Position numbers and translations under genes: made by a program
In this document: one piece after another, positions 47,524 through 57,538 of the stretch
Position numbering within the stretch: position 1 is the stretch's first letter
How the letters are laid out: each line of letters opens with the position of its first letter
Notes under the pieces: generated by a model
The model's input: only the letters and a program-made list of their open reading frames with translations
Database searches by the model: none
What the model was told of the DNA's origin: nothing
Source of the DNA: Pseudomonadota bacterium
GTDB lineage: Bacteria; Pseudomonadota; Alphaproteobacteria; MPNO01; UBA2964
Direction of reading: 5' to 3'
NCBI GenBank assembly: GCA_036339375.1
Contig: JAYZBC010000025.1
Location: forward strand, 27,271 to 91,270
DNA: 64,000 nucleotides

Positions 47524-48591
47524 TCAATTAATTCCATAAAGGGCTCTTGCGTTTGTCTCAAGGATCTTCTTCGCAACAACACCTGAAATTCGTTTATCTT
47601 TTTTTAAGAGATGGACAGCCATCACTTCGCTGGAAGGATCATGGTGACCATAATCTGTTCCAATAACGAGATTGTCTTCCCCGGCATGTTTTATGATGTA
47701 ATCAAGATGATCTGTGTTTTCACAGGCAACATACATATTGTTATCTTTCAAAGGATTTTCATACCAATCCCAACCGTTCCGCCTGTACCTATCTTCCAAA
47801 TCACAAAGTACGTACGGCACCCATTGTGCGCTTACTTCCACAAAACCCCATCGCACGTCCGGAAATTTGGAGGGTATTTTCTTTTCAAGGAGGGTGTGAA
47901 AAGCCCCAACGACCGCAAGTTTGAATTTCGTAAATGTAGTATCAAACTCAAAAAAATCATGATGCATAACACTACCGTTTGCGGAATGAATACAAACAGC
48001 CATATCAAGTTCAGACGCTATTTCGAAAACCGAATAAAACAATTGATCTCCTAGAGCCCGATCACATTCCAAACCTCTCATAAAAATTCCACAAGCTCCG
48101 TTTTGCTTAGCAAACTTCATTTCTTCACGGACTTTACCTGGAGACCGTAGCGGTGGAATTGCTACCCAACGCAGCCTTCCGTTAGATTTTCGAAATATAT
48201 CTGCTAACCAACGATTATATGCTTTTGTTAATGCCAATTCGGCAGCAATATCATCTGTAACAGGGCGCAAATATAATGTTGGGTACAGAATTTGGATATT
48301 TATTCCTAGCTCGTCCATGTGAGCCAGTCTGCCTGGAATATCCTCCATTTCCCGTATAGCCCTAGACATTTCTGTTCCAACATTACGATCTTTCCCCATG
48401 GGCCTATTTCCCACGAGCCAGTAATTTTTTTGAATGTTTTCTCCGTCGTTGGCTTTAACTGTTTGTCCATACGTCTGAGAAACAATCATGGGAGTGTATT
48501 GCTTATCCTCGCCCTCCAAAAATTCCCATGTAGCGGTTGTTTCAAGGACATGAGCATCCGCATCTATTGCACTCATATTTTTAGTCTCCAT
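47524..48591 (-). CDS. Amidohydrolase-2 family protein (second copy)
   Basis: 355 aa with IDADAHV metal-binding start and further conserved His/Asp of the ACMSD-like family. Confidence 0.6.
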   Translation of the reverse strand: METKNMSAIDADAHVLETTATWEFLEGEDKQYTPMIVSQTYGQTVKANDGENIQKNYWLVGNRPMGKDRNVGTEMSRAIREMEDIPGRLAHMDELGINIQILYPTLYLRPVTDDIAAELALTKAYNRWLADIFRKSNGRLRWVAIPPLRSPGKVREEMKFAKQNGACGIFMRGLECDRALGDQLFYSVFEIASELDMAVCIHSANGSVMHHDFFEFDTTFTKFKLAVVGAFHTLLEKKIPSKFPDVRWGFVEVSAQWVPYVLCDLEDRYRRNGWDWYENPLKDNNMYVACENTDHLDYIIKHAGEDNLVIGTDYGHHDPSSEVMAVHLLKKDKRISGVVAKKILETNARALYGIN

Positions 48592-48593
48592 TT

Positions 48594-50735
48594 TTATTTC
48601 ATTTTTGCTCGGGTAACCGAACTTACCACAAAAATTCCTCTCAAAGCCGCCATAATTTCATTTAAATGTTTGTTATCTTTAACTTGAATATCGAGTGACA
48701 TTTCAAAAAAATCAGTCGTCCTATTGTTAATTTTTAAGTTAACGATATTTCCTAAATTATTTGCCACCACTGTTGTCAAGCTCGCTAATCCACCCCTTTG
48801 GTTAGCAAGAACTAATTCTAAACGTCCAACAAATTCTTTCGATTTCGCGGAATTAATATCCCAAGATATATCGACCCACCTTTCAGGCATTTCATGAAAA
48901 CTTTCAAGAGTTTCACAATCATTCGTATGAACTACCACACCCTTTCCTGGGGTTTGTATCCCTATAATTCGATCACCGGGCAAAGGATGACAACAGCTAG
49001 CATAGTGAACAGCCATTCCTGGAATTAATCCGTGAATGGGAATCGATTTTTTATAATTCGCTATTTTTTTTCTTTCAATAATACTTCCACCCTTTTTAGA
49101 CGGTTTTTCTCCTTTAACAATCATGTCAACTACGATTGATGCCATAAGATTTCCCTGACCAATTGACAAATATAATTCTTCTACCTCTTTCATCCCCAAT
49201 TTTTCTAAAATAGTTTTCAAGACGGTTTTTGATATGCCATAGCCCCTATCGGAGAAAGCTTTTCCAAGCATCGCTTCCCCTAAACGGAGGTATTCAGAAT
49301 GTTGCTTAGAACGCACAAATCTACGAATACGTGAACGTGCTTTCCCTGTAACGACAAATCCTTCCCATTCCGGCGCTGGAACACCAGGTGTAGATGTTAC
49401 AATTTCAACCTGATCACCATTTTTTAATACCGTCCTAAGGGGAACTAAACGACCGTTGATTTTAGCACCCACACAAGAATCTCCTACTTCAGAATGGACC
49501 TCATAAGCAAAATCAACGGTAGTGGCCCCTCTTGGTAGTGCAATCAAATCACCTTTTGGTGTAAAGCAGAAGACTTGTTCTTGGAACAAATCTAAACGCG
49601 TATGCTCAATTACTTCATCTGGATCAGCTGTATGTTCAAGAATATCTAAAAGTTCATGGACCCATCGATATTCAACAGTTTCTTCTTCTCGGTTTTCTTC
49701 TTTGTACTGCCAATGGGCTGCTACACCAAACTCCGCAACCTGATGCATGTTGTGGGTACGAATTTGTATTTCGGTACGCCTTTGTTTTGGCCCTATTATT
49801 ACTGTATGGATAGATCGATAACCATTTCTTTTGGGAGTGGAAATATAATCCTTGAAACGACCGGGAACACATGGATAATTTCCATGAATTATTCCTAACG
49901 CCTGATAACATTCTTTAATTTCCGCTACAACAATTCTAAATGCCATTATATCTGAGAGTTGGGCGAACTCCACATTCCTGCTTTGCATTTTTCGCCAAAT
50001 TGAATAAGGCTGCTTTTCACGACCAGATAAATCTATTTTTAAACCTTCTGTTCCCAATTTTTCACGAAGTTCTTTTAAAATCGCCCCGATAATCTCTTCT
50101 TCCACTGCTTCTGATTTTAAAAACTCTAATCTTGTGACGATTGTTGTTTTTGCATCGGGATAAAGTTCAGAAAATGCTAAATCTTCTAACTCGTCTTTTA
50201 TACGCTGCATGCCAATTCGTTCAGCTAATGGTGCAAAAATTTCCAAAGTTTCTCGAGCTATTTTAGTACGTCTTTCAGGAGATGGAATGAATTCCAAAGT
50301 ACGCATATTATGGAGCCTATCCGCTAATTTCACCAGTAATACCCGGATGTCTCGAGAGGTGGCTAGCAAAAGTTTTCGAAAATTTTCGATTTGATGTTTA
50401 CCAGCTGACTTTTGCTCAAGTTTTGAAAGTTTTGTTACACCATCAACAAGTCGAGCAACAGAGGGGCCAAACAAACCCTTAATTTCTTCAATTGTTGCTA
50501 TTGTATCTTCAACGGTATCATGGAGAAGGCCAGTCACGATTGTATCAGAATCCATTTTGAGTTCGGTCAAAATTCCTGCAACTTCTAATGGATGAGAAAA
50601 ATAAGGATCGCCCGACTCTCTTATTTGCGATCCGTGTGCCATCATAGAAAAAACATAGGCGCGATTTAACGCATCTTCATTGGCACCGTTTTCATATGAT
50701 TTTACACGATCAACGAGTTCAAATTGGCGAATCAT
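48594..50735 (-). CDS. spoT: Bifunctional (p)ppGpp synthetase/hydrolase (RelA/SpoT homolog, Rsh)
   Basis: 713 aa with an HD hydrolase domain, synthetase domain, and TGS and ACT regions. Confidence 0.9.
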   Translation of the reverse strand: MIRQFELVDRVKSYENGANEDALNRAYVFSMMAHGSQIRESGDPYFSHPLEVAGILTELKMDSDTIVTGLLHDTVEDTIATIEEIKGLFGPSVARLVDGVTKLSKLEQKSAGKHQIENFRKLLLATSRDIRVLLVKLADRLHNMRTLEFIPSPERRTKIARETLEIFAPLAERIGMQRIKDELEDLAFSELYPDAKTTIVTRLEFLKSEAVEEEIIGAILKELREKLGTEGLKIDLSGREKQPYSIWRKMQSRNVEFAQLSDIMAFRIVVAEIKECYQALGIIHGNYPCVPGRFKDYISTPKRNGYRSIHTVIIGPKQRRTEIQIRTHNMHQVAEFGVAAHWQYKEENREEETVEYRWVHELLDILEHTADPDEVIEHTRLDLFQEQVFCFTPKGDLIALPRGATTVDFAYEVHSEVGDSCVGAKINGRLVPLRTVLKNGDQVEIVTSTPGVPAPEWEGFVVTGKARSRIRRFVRSKQHSEYLRLGEAMLGKAFSDRGYGISKTVLKTILEKLGMKEVEELYLSIGQGNLMASIVVDMIVKGEKPSKKGGSIIERKKIANYKKSIPIHGLIPGMAVHYASCCHPLPGDRIIGIQTPGKGVVVHTNDCETLESFHEMPERWVDISWDINSAKSKEFVGRLELVLANQRGGLASLTTVVANNLGNIVNLKINNRTTDFFEMSLDIQVKDNKHLNEIMAALRGIFVVSSVTRAKMK

Positions 50736-50836
50736 AATACGCTCAACCGCACATTTGTTGGTGGGTTACCGTAGCAATGAACTTACTCTAAAAAATTTGA
50801 TCAATCCGTATATTAAAGACTTACATATGACCAAAT

Positions 50837-51235
50837 TTATTTGTCCTTACTTTTAGGTTTGTCTAAAACCGAACCGGTTTGGTTTTCTATCGCAGCTTGT
50901 TTGATGCTTTCTGCAATCATCGCAGCTTCCGCATCTGCGGCCTCGGCAAATTCTTCTTCCATGGCTAAGAGTTCCTCCGCCTCTTCTTCGGGATCATCTG
51001 TATCGCCATGTCTTTGCAAACCGTGGATAAGCTCTTCTTCTAATTCTGTTAAAGAAATTGTTTCTTCGGCGATTTCACGAAGTGCAACAACAGGATTTTT
51101 ATCGTTGTCACGGTCTAACGTAATTTCCTCTCCTTTGCCAACAGAAAGCTCACGAGCGCGTTGTGAGGCTAACATAACAAGGCGGAAACGATTACGAATT
51201 TTGTCAACGCAATCTTCAACAGTAACGCGGGCCAT
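50837..51235 (-). CDS. rpoZ: DNA-directed RNA polymerase subunit omega
   Basis: 132 aa with the RpoZ N-terminal signature ([30 protein letters not shown]) and an acidic C-terminal tail. Confidence 0.85.
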   Translation of the reverse strand: MARVTVEDCVDKIRNRFRLVMLASQRARELSVGKGEEITLDRDNDKNPVVALREIAEETISLTELEEELIHGLQRHGDTDDPEEEAEELLAMEEEFAEAADAEAAMIAESIKQAAIENQTGSVLDKPKSKDK

Positions 51236-51378
51236 GCGTACAACTCCTCATTGATTTATAAACATTACAAAATTTAAGCAACAATTGCGCCGCAATATAT
51301 GAGAAATTTCTGGTCAAATGCAAGTATTTAGGGGTACAAAGCTATAAAATATTATCATTATTTATATTGGTTTTTACC

Positions 51379-51915
51379 TTAGAACTTCCAACATTTTTGG
51401 TCAGAGGACAAATCATTTATTAAACGGTTGATTGAGCGATGCTTCGTTGGATGAATCCATTCGGGTTCAAGATCACGCAAAGGAAAAAGAACAAATGCAC
51501 GTAAATGCATTCGCGCATGAGGTAGGACTAATTTAGTACCTTTATTTACGTTAAAGACACATTGGTGGTAAATAAGCAAATCGAGGTCCAAACTTCTGGG
51601 TGCATTTGGGCCTGTTCTTACACGCTCAAACTGTTTTTCTATTTCTTGCAACCTTGAAAGAAGAATTATTGGTGTTAATTCTGTTTTAACTTCTGCTACA
51701 GCATTAAAAAAGTTGGGTTGGCTAGATATAGGTAATGGGGTGCTTTGATACCATGGCGAACAACGGATAACATCACAAACACTCTCATTAATAGCAACAA
51801 TTGCCGCTTTAAGGGAACGCAAGGGTGACCCAAACTTTTTGGTTGGCAAATTTCCACCAATTCCTATTAAAATCATTTGCGTCAAATACTCTTTTAAATC
51901 AAATAATGTTCTCAT
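51379..51915 (-). CDS. folK: 2-amino-4-hydroxy-6-hydroxymethyldihydropteridine pyrophosphokinase (HPPK)
   Basis: 178 aa with HPPK motifs (IGIGGNL..., LDLDLLIY). Confidence 0.8.
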   Translation of the reverse strand: MRTLFDLKEYLTQMILIGIGGNLPTKKFGSPLRSLKAAIVAINESVCDVIRCSPWYQSTPLPISSQPNFFNAVAEVKTELTPIILLSRLQEIEKQFERVRTGPNAPRSLDLDLLIYHQCVFNVNKGTKLVLPHARMHLRAFVLFPLRDLEPEWIHPTKHRSINRLINDLSSDQKCWKF

Positions 51916-52022
51916 CTAGTGAATATATCTTCACTTTCCTTACCAAACCCCAATGTGTCTATATTTTGTTCGCTTCAGCAAGTATTATTTCAAAAGTTGT
52001 TTACCATCCGGAGAATAGAATT

Positions 52023-52649
52023 TTGCAGCCAAGTCCAAATTGCCCTTTATGCCCTCGACTCCTTCAGTATCGTTTAAAAAATAGATCCTCATTTCCCCAA
52101 TGGCATAATGCCCCGGTTAAACCTTTTGGAGGATTGGATTCCCAACTATTGATTGTTGGTTTGGCTCCCGGATTGAAAGGAGCAAACCAAACGGGAAGAC
52201 CTTTCACCGGGGATTATGCAGGTGATCTTTTATATAAAACGCTCATGGAATTTGGATTTGCTGAAGGAGAATATCAGAAACATGCAGAAGATAATTTATT
52301 TCTAAAGGATTGTCGAATTACAAACGGTGTTCGTTGTGCCCCCCCTAAAAACAAACCCACCGGAACCGAGATAAAAAGTTGTGCAAAGTTTTTGGAGGCT
52401 GAAATTAAAGGGATGAAAAATTTGATTTGTATATTGGCCTTAGGAGGAATTGCTCATACTACAGTTTTGGCTGTGTTAAACCAAAAAAGAGCCAAGTGGC
52501 CATTTAAACATGCGGCAATACACCATTTGCCAAACCTTCCAATTCTCGTAGATAGCTATCATTGCTCAAGATATAATACTAATACCGGAAGGCTCACCAA
52601 TGTTATGTTTAACGAAGTTTTCTTAAAAATAAAAAAACTACTTTATTAA
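52023..52649 (+). CDS. Uracil-DNA glycosylase, family 4 (Fe-S type)
   Basis: The C-terminal 208 aa of ORF 51825..52649 carry the UDG family 4 signature (...GLAPGLKGANQTGRPFTGDYAG...). The in-frame region upstream of about 52023 overlaps folK and has no good start. A TTG at about 52023 with a GGAGAA SD 8 nt upstream is proposed, but the start is uncertain. Confidence 0.55.
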   Translation: MQPSPNCPLCPRLLQYRLKNRSSFPQWHNAPVKPFGGLDSQLLIVGLAPGLKGANQTGRPFTGDYAGDLLYKTLMEFGFAEGEYQKHAEDNLFLKDCRITNGVRCAPPKNKPTGTEIKSCAKFLEAEIKGMKNLICILALGGIAHTTVLAVLNQKRAKWPFKHAAIHHLPNLPILVDSYHCSRYNTNTGRLTNVMFNEVFLKIKKLLY

Positions 52650-52712
52650 TTAAATCCATTTATTCATACAAATTTTACCAACAATGAACCAGATTAAGTT
52701 TCTAACAGAAAA

Positions 52713-53189
52713 TTATCCCTTTTCACGCATTAAACGCGCTTTTTGTCGTTCCCAATCTTTTTTCTTTTGAGATTGGCGTTTGTCGTACTGGTGCTTTCCT
52801 TTACCAAGAGCCAGGGCTAGTTTTGCTCTTCCTTGCGTATTTATATACAGCTTGAGGGGCACAAGGGTCATCCCTTCTCGTCTTATAGCGCCAATAAACC
52901 GGCTAATTTGACGTCTATGGAGTAAAAGCTTCCTGGGTCTTTTTGGTTCGTGATTAAATTGCCCAGCTTGTTTGTATTCAGGAATATGTGCATTTACTAA
53001 AAATAATTCGCCATCCTTTTCATTTGCAAAGGAGTCAGCAATATTAGCCCGCCCTTCCCTAAGTGATTTAATTTCGCTCCCAGTAAGTACAATCCCCGCC
53101 TCAACACTATCTTCTATGGTATAGTTGTGACGAGCTTTACGATTTTGGGCAGCGATGCGCACCACATCCGCACTACCCGCTTTAGCCAA
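52713..53189 (-). CDS. smpB: SsrA-binding protein
   Basis: 158 aa with the SmpB signature and a basic C-terminal tail. Confidence 0.9.
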   Translation of the reverse strand: MAKAGSADVVRIAAQNRKARHNYTIEDSVEAGIVLTGSEIKSLREGRANIADSFANEKDGELFLVNAHIPEYKQAGQFNHEPKRPRKLLLHRRQISRFIGAIRREGMTLVPLKLYINTQGRAKLALALGKGKHQYDKRQSQKKKDWERQKARLMREKG

Positions 53190-54065
53190 TTAGTTTAATA
53201 CTCCCGATGCTCTCATTGCATCCTCAACAATTTTTTTACTTTTTTTGGAAATTACAGTAAGAGGTAATCTTGTTTCTGCAGACGATCTGCCCAAAAGACT
53301 CGCTGCATATTTAACGGGACCCGGACTGGATTCACAAAAAAGGCCAATATGTAACGGCATGAGACGCTCATTCAAAGATTGTGCTCCTCTGATATCACCA
53401 TCTCGCCAGGCTTTATGAAAATCAAACATTTGTTTAGGTGCAATATTTGCGGTCACAGAAATACATCCATGTCCTCCTTGCGCCATAAATCCTATTTGGG
53501 TACCGTCTTCACCAGACAACTGCAAAAATTCTTCCCCTATGGTATTTTTCTGGCAGGTTGCCCGAGAAACATCATTAGTAGCATCCTTAACGCCTATAAT
53601 ATTTGGCAAGCGCGCCAAGCGCGTCATTGTCTCGATAGACATGTCTATGATGCTCCGCCCAGGTATATTGTAAATTATCACTGGCAGTTCTACAGAATCA
53701 TTGATCGCCTTGTAATGCTCGTAAAGGCCTTCTTGAGTGGGCTTATTGTAATAGGGAGTTACCACCAGAGCAGCATTGGCCCCGGCTTTTTTTGCATGCC
53801 GCGTCAACATTATCGCTTCTTCAGTTGAATTTGAACCTGTTCCAGCTATGACAGGGACCTTTCCTTTCGCAACGCCAATGCAAATTTCGGTAACCCGTTT
53901 ATGCTCCTCATGTGTTAAAGTTGGTGATTCGCCCGTCGTTCCACAAGGCACAAGTGCTTCGGTACCTTGTTCAATTTGCCAATCAATTAACTTTTCATAA
54001 GCCGTACTGTCCACCGAACCATCCTTAAATGGTGTGATCAATGCACAAATGGAGCCTTCGAACAT
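53190..54065 (-). CDS. dapA: 4-hydroxy-tetrahydrodipicolinate synthase
   Basis: Start at ATG 54065 (MFEGSICALITPF...) with an AGAGGA SD upstream, giving about 291 aa, canonical for DapA. Confidence 0.85.
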   Translation of the reverse strand: MFEGSICALITPFKDGSVDSTAYEKLIDWQIEQGTEALVPCGTTGESPTLTHEEHKRVTEICIGVAKGKVPVIAGTGSNSTEEAIMLTRHAKKAGANAALVVTPYYNKPTQEGLYEHYKAINDSVELPVIIYNIPGRSIIDMSIETMTRLARLPNIIGVKDATNDVSRATCQKNTIGEEFLQLSGEDGTQIGFMAQGGHGCISVTANIAPKQMFDFHKAWRDGDIRGAQSLNERLMPLHIGLFCESSPGPVKYAASLLGRSSAETRLPLTVISKKSKKIVEDAMRASGVLN

Positions 54066-54337
54066 ATAATTTCCTCTGAGTTTGTACCCTGGATGACACT
54101 CAATCTTATACAGAGCAGTCACCAATTAGACTAAACTGCAAGCATTTGCATCGCAAGTGGCTTCATACTCAAATCTGAAAGGCAAAATTATCGATTTTTG
54201 AAAGGCTTAAAACATTATGAAAAGAAAAACAAAAAAAGATACAAAGGAAATTAAAAATAACCTTGTGGTTTTCTGAAAACTTATCTTATGTCTAACTGAT
54301 CTTAAGAATTTTAAAATTTCAAAAAGGCTGTTCCTTT

Positions 54338-55345
54338 ATGGACACTGAAAGAAGTAAAAATAAGATCGACTTACCTTCTTTCACCGATATATCTATGGCG
54401 GCCCAGAGACTGGTTGGCATTATTCACTGCACTCCTCTTTTTGAATCATTAAAAATTAACAAAAAGTTGGGAGCCAAAATTTTTTTTAAAATGGAATCAA
54501 AACAACGGACAGGGTCTTTTAAAATCCGTGGTGCTTACAACAGAATAAGCCAAATCCCAATAGAAACCCGCTCACGAAACATCGTTGCTTTTTCTTCAGG
54601 AAATCATGCACAGGCTGTTGCAGCAGTGGCAAAAATGCTTGATTTTAAGGCAACAATAGTAATGCCCGAAGATGCACCAGAAATTAAAATTTCTGCAACA
54701 AGGAAGTATGGTGCAAACATAATCTTCTACAATAGACTGACAAAAAATCGTGAAAACATTGCACGTTCCCTTATCGCCAAAAATGGTGGAACGTTAGTAC
54801 CACCATTTGATCACCCTTTGGTAATTGCCGGACAAGGAACAGTAGGATTGGAAATATCAAAGCAACTGGAAAAGTTAAATTCAGTACCTGATGTGTTCCT
54901 TGTGCCATGCAGCGGCGGGGGACTAGTGTCTGGAATTGCAATTGCAATAAAACAAAAATTTAAAAAAGCCAAAATTTTTTCGGTTGAACCGTCAGGTTAT
55001 GACGATACCGCGCGGTCGTTAAAATCAGGTAACAGAGTAGTGTTATCCCAATTTAAACCATCAATTTGTGATGCATTGTTGGTGCCAACTCCCGGAAAAC
55101 TAACATTTCAAATTAACCAACGGCTTTTGTCTGGAGGTTTGGTGGTTACTGATTCCATGGTTGAGAATGCCATGAGGTTTGCTCATAATTTTCTTGGACA
55201 AAAAATAGAACCCAGTGGGTGTGCCGCATTAGCAGCATTGCTAGAAAATATTGACAAATTTAGAAACAAAATTGTGGTAGTTATCTTATCCGGTAAAAAC
55301 GTAGACCCTCATTTCTTTAATAAAATCCTGAACGAAAAAATTTAA
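54338..55345 (+). CDS. PLP-dependent threonine/serine dehydratase-like enzyme (no ACT regulatory domain)
   Basis: 335 aa with a fold-type II PLP enzyme lysine motif (...SKQRTGSFKIRGAYN...) and a glycine-rich loop (CSGGGL). Confidence 0.7.
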   Translation: MDTERSKNKIDLPSFTDISMAAQRLVGIIHCTPLFESLKINKKLGAKIFFKMESKQRTGSFKIRGAYNRISQIPIETRSRNIVAFSSGNHAQAVAAVAKMLDFKATIVMPEDAPEIKISATRKYGANIIFYNRLTKNRENIARSLIAKNGGTLVPPFDHPLVIAGQGTVGLEISKQLEKLNSVPDVFLVPCSGGGLVSGIAIAIKQKFKKAKIFSVEPSGYDDTARSLKSGNRVVLSQFKPSICDALLVPTPGKLTFQINQRLLSGGLVVTDSMVENAMRFAHNFLGQKIEPSGCAALAALLENIDKFRNKIVVVILSGKNVDPHFFNKILNEKI

Positions 55346-55414
55346 GAAGTACAATATTTGCGAAACAATCTTATTGGTTTTATAAATTATAAAAATATAA
55401 ATTTGCAATCAAAC

Positions 55415-56935
55415 CTAAATTTTAAGTTCCAAAAGTGCGTTTTCCTTAACCTCCCTACGCAATACCTTTCCAACACTACTACGGGGCAAATCATTGAGTG
55501 TTTTTATGTTTTTTGGAGATTTTATTGAACCAATAACTTGTTTGGAAAATCCAAGCATTTCGGACTCGTTAGCTTTGACACCTTTTTCTAAAACTACTGC
55601 GGCCTGAACAACTTCACCCCATTTTTCATCAGGTAAACCATACACGACACACTCATAAATCGCTGGGTGTTTAACAAGTGCAGCTTCAACATCACTTGGA
55701 TAAACATTAAACCCTCCGGAAATTATTACATCCCGTAATCTATCTTTAATAAAAAGATAACCCCTGTCATCTAAAAGGCCTACATCGCCTGTACGCAGCC
55801 AGTTTCCGGTTTTTACTGCTGATGTAGCGTCAGGCATATCCAGGTACTCACTCATCAAAAGATCACCGCTAACTACAATTTCTCCTGTATTTCCCTCCGG
55901 CAATTCTTCATCACTATTTGGCTCCATAATTGTTACCCTTGTAAGAAAACTTGAAGGACCCACTGATTCTACATTCTTCTCTTTCAGCATTTCATTTGGA
56001 GAAAGATAAGTCACTATTTGGGGTGCCTCGGTTTGCCCATAATTTGTAGCTAAAACAGGACCAAAAACCCCCTGTGCCGCACGAATTTTTTCAGAAGGCA
56101 TTGGAGCCCCACCATAAATAAGCCTTGAAAGCATGGGGAATTTCTGTTCTTCGCCTCCAATCTCTGACATCATCATGTAAATAACGGTTGGTGGAATAAA
56201 ACTCGTTGTAATATCCCTATTTTTGAAAGCATCCAGAATATCCGGTGGCCTCATAATCCTTTTACCAAGGACAAGGGTGCCCCCGACACCCAAAATTGGT
56301 GTAACATAACAAGAGGTACCGTGAGTAAGAGGAGAACAAACAAGGTAGCGGTCTCCACCACATAATTCCAATTCATTGATCATACAAGCGGCTCCCGTTA
56401 ACCAGGAACGATAAGGTTGCAATACTCCCTTCGGCCTACCACTCGAACCACCGGTAAATTTGATTGCTTGAATATTTTCACCATTAAAGTTATTAATATT
56501 TGGCCGCTTACCGCGATTTTTTTCTATCAATCCTCCGATTGTATCCAAGGCGGTTGACATTCCACTAAACCCAACAATTTTTTCCCCTTTAAATAAACCC
56601 ACTTGGCCTTCACAATCTTCATCAAAAATCAAGATTGAAGGTTTTGCCGCTTCAATTTTTAATTGGATGTCATTTTTCCCATCGCGTGGGTTTAAGGGTA
56701 CCCAAACTTTTCCTGCTGCCATGACAGCCAACAAACCAATTAAATGCTCCAAAGAATTATATCCACAAATCGCCACACGCGATTGCGGTCTTTCATCGAG
56801 CCCGTGTATGGCCGCAGCAAGGGAATTAACCCGTTCTACCAATGAGGCGTAAGTGATAACTTCAGTTTCAGTCTCAACGGCTACAGCGTTCGGCGCCCGC
56901 CGGCAGGAAGCATACAAAAAATCTATTGGAAACAT
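55415..56935 (-). CDS. AMP-dependent synthetase/ligase (acyl-CoA ligase, second copy)
   Basis: 506 aa with the adenylation motif FTGGSSGRPKGV. Confidence 0.8.
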   Translation of the reverse strand: MFPIDFLYASCRRAPNAVAVETETEVITYASLVERVNSLAAAIHGLDERPQSRVAICGYNSLEHLIGLLAVMAAGKVWVPLNPRDGKNDIQLKIEAAKPSILIFDEDCEGQVGLFKGEKIVGFSGMSTALDTIGGLIEKNRGKRPNINNFNGENIQAIKFTGGSSGRPKGVLQPYRSWLTGAACMINELELCGGDRYLVCSPLTHGTSCYVTPILGVGGTLVLGKRIMRPPDILDAFKNRDITTSFIPPTVIYMMMSEIGGEEQKFPMLSRLIYGGAPMPSEKIRAAQGVFGPVLATNYGQTEAPQIVTYLSPNEMLKEKNVESVGPSSFLTRVTIMEPNSDEELPEGNTGEIVVSGDLLMSEYLDMPDATSAVKTGNWLRTGDVGLLDDRGYLFIKDRLRDVIISGGFNVYPSDVEAALVKHPAIYECVVYGLPDEKWGEVVQAAVVLEKGVKANESEMLGFSKQVIGSIKSPKNIKTLNDLPRSSVGKVLRREVKENALLELKI

Positions 56936-56944
56936 AAAATTATT

Positions 56945-57382
56945 TCACTCTAGAAAAATTTTTATTGAAATCACCTGTCCATCTCGAATTCCTAAAGTAT
57001 CCCTTATGGGCAATACGGAAATCAATTCAATTTGGTCAGGAGGGTAGTCTTTTATCTGTGGCAAAATTATAGCTGCTTCAATTCTTTCCTCAATTGTAGA
57101 AAGAAAACAGCGGGCATCACACCAATCTGAGCGATGTGGCTGCAATAAAATTCCCGGTAAATTTCTGATCCAAGACCATTTTTTCTTTGATATTTCATCT
57201 GTTACAAGGGCATTTAAAGTCCCGGGGAAAGGGTCAATTCCAAGGTTTTTATGAAACGCTTTTCGTGCCCAATCTAACTGTGTAAACTCAGACCCTTTAC
57301 CTAACCCTGTAACAATTTTTCCGAGTACTGATTCTGTTCTCATTTTTCTATCAATATTTTTGTCCAACTTAACATTGCACAA
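56945..57382 (-). CDS. DUF120 / archaeal-type CTP-dependent riboflavin kinase-like protein
   Basis: 145 aa. GKIVTGLGKGSEF and GIDPFPGTLNALV match the Gly-rich and PxxGTLN motifs of MJ0056-type riboflavin kinase. 9 nt upstream of the acyl-CoA ligase on the same strand. Confidence 0.55.
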   Translation of the reverse strand: MCNVKLDKNIDRKMRTESVLGKIVTGLGKGSEFTQLDWARKAFHKNLGIDPFPGTLNALVTDEISKKKWSWIRNLPGILLQPHRSDWCDARCFLSTIEERIEAAIILPQIKDYPPDQIELISVLPIRDTLGIRDGQVISIKIFLE

Positions 57383-57431
57383 CCAACTTTAGATGAGCAA
57401 TATTCAAAATAGGACAAAAACTTTTAAATCA

Positions 57432-57506
57432 GCGGGTGTAGCTCAGTGGTAGAGCACGAGCTTCCCAAGCTCGGTGTCGAGGGTTCAATTCCCTTCACCC
57501 GCTCCA
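57432..57506 (+). tRNA. tRNA-Gly (anticodon CCC)
   Basis: Cloverleaf folds by hand: 7-bp acceptor stem GCGGGTG/CACCCGC, D-arm GCTC...GAGC, anticodon stem CGAGC/GCTCG with loop TTCCCAA, T-arm GAGGG-TTCAATT-CCCTT, and an encoded CCA. Confidence 0.85.
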
Positions 57507-57538
57507 GTTTCGAAGTGCTGTGATAATTGTATCATAAA

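Noticed and set aside
50841-51254. 137-aa + strand ORF covering rpoZ; 73/80/79-aa ORFs inside spoT
   Set aside because: They are antisense to highly conserved RpoZ and RelA/SpoT sequences. The Ser/Ala-rich repeat is a mirror of the acidic RpoZ tail.
51281-51293. ATTGCG-C-CGCAAT inverted repeat between rpoZ and folK
   Set aside because: It has only a 6-bp stem with a weak T-tract and could be a weak folK terminator. The evidence is insufficient to annotate.
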